This document shows positions 11,001 through 20,000 of a DNA stretch of 20,000 nt, piece after piece. The position numbers and the translations under genes were made by a program. The first letter of the stretch is position 1. Each line of letters starts with the position of its first letter. Source of the DNA: Psammoneis japonica. Taxonomy: Eukaryota. The stretch is from NCBI GenBank assembly GCA_008632985.1, contig QPGO01000142.1:182374-202373 (forward strand), read 5' to 3'. The notes below the pieces were generated by a model. It ran no database searches and was not told the DNA's origin. It saw only the letters and a list, made by a program, of their open reading frames with translations.

Positions 11001-14000
11001 GCATGATCCACAAAAATGCAGCCTCCTTTGCATTGCTGGGACGAGGCCTTCCCGCAGGAGTCGCAGGTTCGGCCGAGGAGACGGGATTCGAAGTGATCCA
11101 CGCTGACAGCTTGGCCTGGGCGCAGATGCTCGGCTCGAAGAGCACCCTCACGCTCTGGAGCAGCCGTGTGTTTGGCAGACTTGAGGGTTCGGCGATGTCC
11201 TTTGGCACATTCGCGTGCCTCGCACCGCGGAATGTCGCAACGCGAAGCATGCTTGAATTTGGGTCGGAGAAAAGGTTCGGCCCGAAGCAGGCCTTGGATG
11301 CGTGGCATGTTCAGGTGACCAAACCTGAAGTGCCATTCTTGAAGGAGCTTCTGACCGGTGGTGAGGTTCTGGTTGTCCTCGTGCAACACAGACAGATTGA
11401 CTTGAGGAGCGGGTGCCACCCCGTTGGTCACAGACGCAACCGGCAAGTGATTTGACGCGTGCGCGACCTTGAGCGAACCGACGCCATCAACATGCACTCG
11501 AAATGAGTCCTCGTCTCCCTCATGTTTTCCTGTCACGCCATGTTCCTTGCTGTGGAGGCGTTGTGGGGATGGAAGACGTTGTCCAGCCTGAGGCACATGG
11601 CACGCCATCGTCTTGACGACGAGCTCAGAGTCGTCCTCGTCATGGAAAACCCAGGAGACGGGTCCGATGCCGGCGATGGTTAAGCCATTTGCTAGACCCC
11701 CAAGCTTCAATGGGCCATCAGGGATCGTCAGAGGTCCGACAAAGTCGTTTTCATCGTAAGCAATGGCTGAGGATGCGCCAGCATCGCACATGACGGTGTG
11801 GCGCTCATGTGCTAGGCTCAGCAAAGCTTGCGGGTCGGCGGCGAGTTGTGCTAAAGAACGTTGGCCCGTCAACACCTGCACAGAGGCATGAGTGGGACAG
11901 GCTTCGGTTCCGTCAGTAGCTGCCTGGAGAAGCTTCACAGGGTCTTGCCATGGAGTGGTGTCCACGAAACCAAACTTGGTGGACAGCTCGTCGAAACGAA
12001 AATAGTCCGGAGAGAGCTCCTCAACCGCATCAAAGTAGTGGCTCGGCTCGGTCGGGAGCGGGCCGAGGGCTTCCTCTGAATCATAGGTGTCGAAGCAGGA
12101 CTCGAGGTCTTCTAGAGCTGGAGGGATGCAGCGGCCTGGGGAAGAGCATACGTCGTTCTCCCAGAGCTGCGTGAATTTCTTGCTCAGATGATGGTCCGGA
12201 TCGCGCTCCACAAATTCGGCAAGCACTTGTCGCGCCTTGATCTTGTTGCACTCCACCAAACTGCCCGGATCTAACACTGTCTCATCGTCTGGTTCTTCAA
12301 TGATCGAGTAGACCTGAGAGCTGGCTTTGGAGAAGCGAGAAGGGACATTGGAGAATGGATGCGTGGGAAGCTGACCGTTGAAAACAGACGCCCAGACCAT
12401 GACAGCTCCAGTCAGCACCATCCAGGTAGAGGGGAAACCGTGAATGGTTGGGATGAATGCCTTGCGGCGCACACGACGAGGTAAGACAGGAATCGGCGCA
12501 CAGCAAATGTGCAGCACCGTTTCCCAGAACACAGCAAACAGCCAGAAAACTCGGAGCTTCAAGAAGTTCCAGAAAAGCTCAAGACGAGAGCTCGGCGTTG
12601 CCTCCTCGACGCTGCAATCAACATCTTGGGGTTCGGGATCGTAAAATTCGAAACCGCGATGCTGGGTGCTTGGAGGTAAGTGCTCGTAGCTGTCTTCGAA
12701 AGGTAGGATGCTTGCCCCGGAAACGAGATCGTCTGACACGTCGTCGGACAGACCTTCCACGTGAGTTGCGATCGTGTCATAAAACACGTCCGGATTTTGA
12801 ATCTCGTGCATGGCACAGGCCGGAAATAGCTCGACAGCTGACGGTGGGGAGTCAAAAGAGGAGTGAGCGTCGGAGCACTCGGAGTGATCGTCAGCGTCTT
12901 CGGGGTCAACCGTTTCAACCAAGATGGGAGCGGGTTTGGCCACGGTAGTCTCCCTCTCGGCCGATGGAGCAGGAGTGAACGAGACGGTCGCAGTCACTGG
13001 AGTCGAACTCAAAGAGTCGTCCACAGGTGCACACCACATGCCGCAACAAACCAGCTCGTTAGGGTCAGAGGGTTCGTCTGCAGGCGGAGGCGTCGTCTGC
13101 TCGGGAGGACCAAAAGGAATGCCCGAAGAGGGGTCCGACACAGCAGATAAATTTGCCGCAGCGGTGGTTTCGGTGTTGACAGACGGTTTCCCGGTGTGTT
13201 GAGCGGAGGAGTGGCCTTGATGCATGCCCTTCTTGCCCGTTTCCTTGTTCACACACTTGTCGCACCAGTGCCAGGTCGTGCCTTTCTCGTCGGTGACAGT
13301 GGCGCCTTTGTGAACGAAACGCCAGGCCGGCTTGGGTGGTTTCTTGGAAGGGTCAGTCTTCCGGACATCCGGAGGGTCATCCTTGGACTTGTCCGCCGTG
13401 CCCTTTTTGTCCTTCTTGCATTGCTCCTTGCAGGTGGGACACGTGCGTTTGGTGCACCCAACCTTGCCACAGCCGCAGCAATGCTTTTCCGAGTTGTCCT
13501 TGGCGAGGTTGGATTCCGGGAGCTTGGCTGCTAAGGCAGGCCAATCTTCATCGCTAATGAGTTCGCCATGGGTCTTGGTGATCCAGCCAACAAGGCCAAC
13601 AGGTCCAAGATCCGCATGGTCGGCATCCTTGGGGACTTCTGCCGGGTCATGCAAGCGACATTTGCGCTCCAAGCGCTTGACGGAGTCGAGCTTGGCAAAA
13701 ACTTGACGATTGAAAAACTCGGAGGATGTCTTTGACACCTTAGATAAAATGGCAGACCCAGTTTCAACTGGCAACGCACAGTCCGTCTGCATGATCTTGA
13801 GCAGGCGCAGAGCTTCGGTTGCAAGCTCGGTGCAGTCTTCGCCAGGGTGGCCATCCAGAGTTAAGTCGTTCAACTTTTCCTTGGCGGCCTTGACGTCAAC
13901 CAGAGCACTGGCGTTGCAGGCATCCAGAGCCATCATAAATAAGACAGACCCCGGAAGATCCTTGCAGTTCTTCAAGTGATTAAACTTGGTTTCAATCTTT

Positions 14001-14575
14001 TCACGGAAGGTTTCGGTGATGCGCGACTTGACGATGAGTTGTGATGAGCTGATGTCATCGATTTCATGCTGATCGTAGCCTTCGTCACCTGCAGCCGCCA
14101 CACGGGTCTCACATTCCTTCTCAAGGTCTTTGACAGTGAAGGCGTGAAGATGATCAAAAAGGTGCACGACCTTGCCGTCGACTTTCTTGAGATGGTAGAA
14201 AGTTTCTTGTCCGTGCGACTTGATTGAGTCCTGAATGGTCTTGACGAAGTGGTCTTTGTCCAGTTCAGTGCTGGAACCGTTGGACAACTCAATCTGGCCA
14301 TTGAACTTGGATGTGGTTGCCGAAGCGAGTTGATCTCTGAGAGATCGATCGACAGAGTCGACAGCTTTCGGATGGCGACGTTGCGAGGCAAAACGGCAGG
14401 TGCGGGTGTCGGTCTGCTCGCACTTGTTGTTCAGAGCCGAACCACCCAGATGCACTCCATGAGAGTGGTGGGTGCCGCCGCGAAGCGGCGTGGGGATCGT
14501 AGGAGGGTTGGTCGAGGTTTGCATCTTGGCGAAGGCCTCAGCAAACATCTTGACGGTGTCAGGATCCATGGACAT
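8093..14575 (-). pseudogene. Copia Gag-Pol polyprotein; open in the sequenced parts but catalytically inactivated by missense changes
   Basis: Gag knuckles CCGCGKVGCTKRTC and WHWCDKC..H..H; protease CDAGAS; WHFRFGH..C zinc region; integrase VSVDHF, FLADSG, QNGVAER; RT KARCCVRG, KGPHGLRQSP, AHVDD; RNase H DCHVDADFAG, STMEAEH, YEDN, QLADQFAK. Confidence 0.93.
9789..10698. other. Assembly gap (910 N) between integrase and RT
   Basis: Run of N in the sequence. Confidence 1.
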
Positions 14576-14616
14576 GGTTGTGGATGATTCGACATAGAGG
14601 ATCGATTAGCAGGTGG

Positions 14617-14672
14617 GGATTGCGACATAGATGATCGCCGTTGGATTGCGACATAGAAGATCGCCGTTGGAT
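14617..14672. repeat. 26-bp tandem repeat in the element's 5' leader
   Basis: ggattgcgacataga(t/a)gatcgccgtt twice, plus a partial copy at ~14590-14604. Confidence 0.9.
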
Positions 14673-14742
14673 GGGATGTCGTCTGCAACGAGACGAACGA
14701 GTGGCAGCAACTCCGTTGCGAGTTGATGCCGGTGCGTGGATT

Positions 14743-14754
14743 GGGGTCGTAACC
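14743..14754 (-). promoter_or_regulatory. Primer-binding site, probably of the half-tRNA(iMet) type
   Basis: GGTTACGACCCC lies 3 nt inside the 5' LTR end. It resembles the GGTTATGRGCCC anticodon-arm PBS of copia-type elements. Confidence 0.6.
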
Positions 14755-14757
14755 ACT

Positions 14758-15042
14758 TGGGATACAACAATACACTGTGTAGGATGGAGAGTTCAGGACT
14801 CTCTTGAGGTTGTACAATACAACAGAGGATGATAAGAAGTAGTTTTGGGACAATAAGATACGCTAAAGATACGAATTGTGAGAAGATCTCACGAGGGATT
14901 GGAGATGACATTATGACCTAACGGTCGTGTGTGTCACTCCGATTACTATCGCTAGAAGACTCAACGGACATTTCTTCCGGAAGAAGAGATCCATGACCGG
15001 AAGCGTCATCCGTGAATCAGACTCGGTTGTTGACTCGTGACA
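14758..15042 (-). repeat. 5' LTR (285 bp, TG...CA), unmutated copy
   Basis: On the minus strand it starts TGTCAC and ends TCCCA. It contains 16 TA dinucleotides. Confidence 0.95.
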
Positions 15043-15621
15043 CGAACTCACAGCGCTTAGAAAGTGCCAACATGCTCTCCGGGAACGAAAGAAGCCCAAT
15101 CAGACGAAAGTAACTTCACCAATCTCCCTTGAGCAGGTACGTTCGCTGTTCTTCTTTCCTTGCTTGGTGACTCCACGCATCATCTTACTAGCGGTTTTAT
15201 GGCTAATCGACTTTGCTTTTGTCTCAGGCTCCAATCGCACAACACAGCACGACAGAAATCGGCAACCTGACCTGCATCAATGAACGCCAGAGTCATCAGT
15301 TCATCAGACCTGATGACGTTTGCTTGGCGAGGCTCGGGTGCATATGACTACATTGGTAATCGTCGCTTTCGTTGGCTTGTCGAAATGAGAAAGGAGGAAT
15401 ACTCCGGAGCCAAATCTAAAAAGGAGAAGAAGGCGATTGCACTGCAAGTTCATAATCAGGTTCTTGCAAGAGGTGGCAGGTTTCTGTGTGAGAGTCCATC
15501 CAAAGGCGCCAAAGGTAGATTTGTCTATGAGGATGTTGGATTTTATAAGGCGCTACAAAAGTGTTCTCACGCTCTCCGAAAAAGAAGAGAGCTGCCTCAT
15601 GTGATGGCATTGTGGTGGTGA
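15043..15621 (+). pseudogene. Gene with tandem DUF6824-like domains; 5' part cut off by the LTR; frameshift at ~15325
   Basis: ELTALRKCQHALRERK (end of one domain) follows the LTR directly. Then come a phase-0 intron 15137-15227 (GTACGT..GCTAAT..TCAG) and RPDDVCL/frameshift/RGSGAYDYIGNRRFR..EEY..EKKAIA..GGRFL..KCSHALR. A further probable intron lies at 15618-15709, and the gene may extend to ~16038. Confidence 0.75.
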
Positions 15622-17029
15622 GTCTAAAGTCTGTTACATGTGCTGAAAGGTATATACGGTTCTCCCTCTCGCATATATTGCTCTGACATATGCTCACTCT
15701 GATCTACAGCCATCGTATATTCCTATGACGGGTTTGTTCAATTGAATTACCCCAATGGCGTAGCCCCTTCTGTTAATCCGACGCAACAATGCGTACAGTT
15801 TTCGAATTCTCCACCACCCGAGACCTCGCGTCCTGATCTGAACCTTGGTGGTCTGGTATCAGAAAGCTTACAATATCAAGTTATGGACAAAGATGAAATT
15901 TCAAGGAGAAAGGAGGCTGCGGACGCAGCAGAAGCCGCCATTGCACTTGGTTCCTTGCGAAGTAATGCGGCAGTTGGACGAACTGTTTCTGTCATGGCGG
16001 GAATGTCTTGCGCGACTGCAAGCGCGAATCGGACATGATTGAAGTTGAAGGTACAGTAGGACAGATGACGGACGAATCATCACGCCCTGCCTTCAAGGTA
16101 CCGGTACTCTCTCTAGAGAAGAGAGGAGGAAAAGGCTACTCTAGAGTAGACGGCCATGTGTATATATGAGGTCAGGATGTCGGTTTTGGTCATGCTGAAT
16201 TGCGAAATGTATTCTCTAGAGAAAAGTTTCTCAGTCTATTGCATCTCTTGTGAAACACATTCGCTGCTTTTCGGAGAGTTCACCGTCTCAACCCGATTGG
16301 CACCTAGAAGTAGAATCCACGAAGAGATACTGTAGGCGCAATCAGCATACCTGTAGGCGCTCTTGTCCTAGTACGTGGCTTTCCAGTGCGGATGAAGTGT
16401 TTCTTTTGCAAATGTTAGATATACCATGTTGTTTTCGACAATCCTGTCTGTTTGCGGAGCTCCCATGCTTACTTATTATGGCCACCAAGACGATTCAGAG
16501 GCTACAGCATTTTGCTTAAAGCGAATCATGCCATCATAGTACTTGTATATACCAACAGAGCAGATCCCCACCACACTATTCCAAAACCTACAGTATTTTG
16601 CCTTGTTTATTAATCTCGATTGTAAAAAGCTGAGCAGTGGGACCAAGCATTCCGCCCCAAAGAGAAATGGGTACACGCGTTTGATGTGGACCTCTTCCTC
16701 ACCCGGGTGCTAGCGTGGTTACTTCATCTACCAACATACCGCGATTGCTATTGGTAGGTCCAAGGTGCGCATCGTCGTCCAAGTCCCTTCGGTTGGATCA
16801 AACTTTTGGATCTTACCACACAAATCCTACATCTCAGCTTTTTCCGCCACCAAGAGTATGGAATCCGACGGTCTGTTTGAATCATTACTAATTGTCCTGC
16901 TTTTTCCGGAAACGACATCTTTGGCAGTGGATGAGGATGAAGAAAAGTGTGAGGAATCCTTTGCTTACCTTCATGCACAAGAAGAATATTTTGCAATGCA
17001 TGGCAGGGCAAAAGTGATTCAAACTGTGA

Positions 17030-18022
17030 TTAAAACAGCTTTGCATCTTTGCTTTTGTTTTTCTTCCTTCGTTTTGCCAATGCCTTGTTGATTGCGTTCT
17101 GCCCGCCTTTGCGCTTGAGCTGCTCATACTTGAGCTCTGTCGTTATTTGTTTCACTTTGTTGCGCTTCGGATAGTAACCCTGCTGGTGGTACTTTCTTGA
17201 ACGACTTTCTGAACTTGCTGTTGCAACCTGTCTGTTGTAGCGTCGCTCTCTGTTGAATCAATCGTTGCAAAGTAGCTTCATCTTGCTCCAACGTCGTTTG
17301 CTGCAATTCAGCTCGATGTGCTTGACGTCGTCGCTGTCCCCGCCTTCCGGTCAATTTTCGAAGCGCAATTCGCTGTTTAACTCTCTTTATTTCTTCTTGA
17401 TGCTTTTCTTTCATAAATTCATAGTTACGATTGGTGGCTTTTGTGTTGCCGTCAGAACTAAATCTCGGATCGCGAGCCTTGTATCTTCCGCTTCCAATCT
17501 CCACTCCAATGCCTGATGAGTTCAATAGAGGCGCACCACGCTGATAAAAATCACGTCGTAACGAGCTTGCCACTGTTGGAGCATGCTTGGACCTCTTCTT
17601 TGTTTTTGTCTCCTTTTCTGCAAGGTTCTTGTCCGACTTGTGCAGTTGTTCTCGTGCCTTTTCGATCGCCTCCTTTTTTCGTCGACGTTTGTCGTGTAAA
17701 GCCTTTGTTAACTTCATACTACCTTCTGAGCGCCGTTTCTCTAGTCGTTCTTGCAGAGTCATGTGCTGTTCAACGTCATCTTCATTGTCGTATTCTTCGT
17801 CGTGTTGACTGCTACTGCCACTGCTACTCTCGCTCGCTTCATCATCATCGCTGCTGCTACTACTGTCGAGAGAAACGCTGTCGTCTGACGGAAGGTCTTC
17901 CAAGCTGCGAATTTTAGCGACTGCCCGAGGGTGATTCCTCTGAGGAGGTTAATGACACGGAAGAATCATCACCGGAGGAGGACGAAGAGGAGGAGGCTGG
18001 CTCTGCCCGCTGCGTTGCTCAT
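17030..18022 (-). CDS. RRP36: rRNA biogenesis protein RRP36 (DUF947), interrupted by several 1-bp frameshifts
   Basis: Ser/Asp-rich N-terminus, then SKHAPTVASS, ARDPRF and YEFMKEKHQEE. After a shift at ~17180-17235 it reads GYYPKR..LKYEQLKRKGG..KALAKRRKKNKSKDAKLF* (TAA at 17030-17032). The likely ATG at 18022 needs two more frameshifts (~17920, ~18000). Confidence 0.82.
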
Positions 18023-18582
18023 GGTCGTGACACGCATTTTGCTCGGTGATCGGCGAGCGAAAAAGTTCCGCAAAACCATGATGTGCGTGCGCGTACCGGA
18101 GGTATGTAAATAGGGAGCGAAGTTATTTTTGCTATTGAAAAATCTCGACACCAAAAATACTTATCGAAAATCGGCTTTCGTCAGTCACTAAAACACACCC
18201 AGTTGCAGCGACTGACGAAAGCCTTTTTTCGATATCTTCAGTTGTAAGAGCTGTAGAGCAAGAGCAAAGTATAGAAACAAGGTGTCCCATAAGTAATTTA
18301 TATAGTATACAATCCTGTATGAGATTTCGGAACTCCGGATTAAATGTCAAATTTATGATACGACTAATGTTTGTATATAAATACAAAAATCAATTAGAAA
18401 AAGGCGAATATAACCGTTATTTTTCCTTAAATAAATACCAAATTTTCAACGACAAACATTCGCTTTCCGCTCACTCCGACCGATACAACATGCGTTTGAC
18501 CTTGTTCAGCTCGTCGAGAGCTTTCCACCGATATATGGGTCTTGGGGTCTGCGAGGCGATCCTGAAAAAAAGTTCGCTACTA

Positions 18583-18935
18583 TCCCTGCTTATTTTTCAC
18601 GAGCTCTAATTTGCACACGAACCACATGCTGGTTCCTGTGCATTTACGTACATTTTATACCAGTCGCATCGTAGTGGGGTGTTGTTCGCCGGCCCTGACG
18701 AACTCTTTCTTTGACATAAAATATTTGTCACGACGGCCGGCACAGACTGCCGGCTCGGTGGACAAGTGTTGGGTGGTACAAACACGTAGATCCTACGTCG
18801 GATTTACAGTACTCAGATTTATTCGGTACAAATCTACGCAGCATTTTGCGTAGGGTGCACACGAACCACCAGGTGGTTCGTGTGCACCCAAAAATGCACA
18901 CGGACCACCAGGTGGTTCGTGTGCATAAGCAGGGA
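18583..18935. mobile_element. Nested 353-bp MITE-like element with perfect 11-bp TIRs and TA duplication
   Basis: TA|tccctgcttat ... ataagcaggga|TA, inserted into a TA within the right TIR of the outer element. Confidence 0.85.
18853..18926. repeat. Two adjacent long palindromes, with a third degenerate copy at 18612-18642
   Basis: gggtgcacacgaaccacc-a-ggtggttcgtgtgcaccc (perfect 18-bp arms) and atgcacacggaccacc-a-ggtggttcgtgtgcat (1 mismatch). Confidence 0.95.
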
Positions 18936-19399
18936 TATTCACATACCTCCGGTACGTGGGTGACAGCACTCGTGTCCTGCCTTCGTACGTCGGCAGCAGT
19001 TTCGTTCAGTACCATTCTACGTGATTCTACGTGATTTTTGGAATTTCAATGTAGATATTAGAATCTGTATTGGTACATTATTTCAACAAGCGACTGCAGC
19101 GATTCCTCGCCATGATGACAGCCGACCATGACTTCGCTTTTCGCTTTGCCTTTTGGGGTTTGCCACCACTACACCGTCCGTGACGGGCCACAAGCTGGAT
19201 GAAGTACACTGTAGCGGCGCTGCCACTACAACAGCATCACATCCCAAACCAACCTTGGCGCCAAACATGACGCTGCATCTGTCCAAGGAACACCCGCACG
19301 TCGCAAGCAGCGAGCGTTCTTCTTCAAGTTTATTGGCATTACAAGCAAAGCAAGAACGTACCACATCTGCAACAACAACACGCAACACCACCGAGTGAA

Positions 19400-20000
19400 T
19401 GATGCAAAATCACGTCGAGTTGTTTGCCAAGTTCCGAACTCAATTGTGTCTGCCAACTCAATGGATTTGCTGACAATGTCCAGCGGCGGCCTTTGTCACG
19501 GTCCAAGCTGTGTCATCGTGATCCCACCCAAAAGTCACGATTTTGTCCGGATCTCGTTTCCAATGCTTTCCAGCACGTCTGCTGCCGTGTCCTGCGAGGC
19601 AGCTTGTGTTCCAGTGTCGCTTTTTTCGGCACCCATTGCCGCTCCACCTGTGCAAACTTAAACTTGTCAAGCTCATTGTTCTTGAACGGTTGGAAGACCT
19701 CAAGACTCTTCATTGCAAGATCTTGCAGCTGCTGATGGGCATTCTTCGCACGCTTGGTTCCGCAGCGCTGATTTTTGTGAGAAGGTTCTCGATGTTGCCA
19801 TGGACGTTGCTGATTTTTGTGTCGACGCTCAAGCGCAAGGTTGCCGAGACTGCTCAAGAGCAGGACTCTATCGCACCATGGCGGAAGCCAAGAGCATGGC
19901 CTGCCAAGAACATGCTGATTTGGGCCGTTCACAGATGCGCTGTGCGATTTCCCAATTTTGCCGAGTCGGTTGTTTTGCTCTCATGGACTTTTTGGCCGCG
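19400..20000. other. Further TpA-depleted zone with an unidentified, probably degenerate minus-strand coding relic running off the window
   Basis: About 2 TA in 600 bp by eye, CpG retained, and several Tyr-free overlapping ORFs. Confidence 0.55.

Larger units (their letters stand above)
7772..15042 (-). mobile_element. Ty1/copia LTR retrotransposon (diatom CoDi-like); possibly a chimera of two copies across the gap
   Basis: Two 285-bp direct repeats, PBS, PPT and a single Gag-PR-IN-RT-RH frame in copia order. No target-site duplication. Confidence 0.96.
18096..18952. mobile_element. Non-autonomous TIR element (MITE-like) with TA target duplication, Tc1/mariner-type; interrupted by a nested element
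   Basis: TA|ccggaggtatgtaaata ... tattcacatacctccgg|TA (16/17 inverted match). Removing the nested insert extends the TIR to ~35 bp. The interior is AT-rich and non-coding. Confidence 0.85.

Noticed and set aside
9564..11455. Long ORFs of 344-561 aa spanning the gap
   Set aside because: Artefacts of translating through 910 N.
2412..14575. Alternative genetic code (Tyr replaced by Cys/His next to an odd eRF1)
   Set aside because: The same TA->TG/CA change occurs in the non-coding LTR and across codon boundaries, and nearby genes use TAY normally.
1..14600. Dozens of overlapping Cys/His-rich ORFs on both strands
   Set aside because: Explained by loss of TAA/TAG stops through TpA depletion; they have no motifs and mostly shadow real frames.
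14758..15042. Classical RIP (CA->TA) acting on the 5' LTR
   Set aside because: Conserved protein motifs show TA is the ancestral state, and many CA/TG sites remain identical in both LTRs.
16100..17020. Short ORFs between the DUF6824-like gene and RRP36
   Set aside because: No recognisable motif or consistent frame; a gene broken by indels cannot be excluded.
18853..18926. CRISPR-like or REP-like palindromic repeats
   Set aside because: Eukaryotic context, no spacers, and the palindromes lie inside a TA-flanked TIR element.

Overview
Eukaryotic, repeat-rich window, most likely from a pennate diatom. That assignment is inferred from the CoDi-like Ty1/copia element, a DUF6824-like gene and ~90-bp GT-AG introns. 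From left to right it holds: heavily mutated DNA with a 350-bp tandem duplication; a frameshifted, truncated eRF1 paralogue; small tandem duplications and a Cys/His-motif ORF; a 3' fragment of an RLE/CRE-type non-LTR retrotransposon; an F-box gene cut by an LTR; a 7.3-kb Ty1/copia element on the minus strand with an assembly gap; a broken DUF6824-like gene; RRP36 with several indels; and two nested TA-flanked MITE-like elements. The main signal is a targeted, strand-symmetric hypermutation converting TpA to TpG or CpA (A:T->G:C), the opposite direction to fungal RIP. By hand alignment, 14 of the 16 TpA sites of one LTR are converted in the other. Catalytic motifs are destroyed (YVDD->HVDD, DTG->DAG) without creating stop codons. 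The process reaches neighbouring host genes and has sharp boundaries, suggesting a genome-defence mutator that I do not recognise as a described system.
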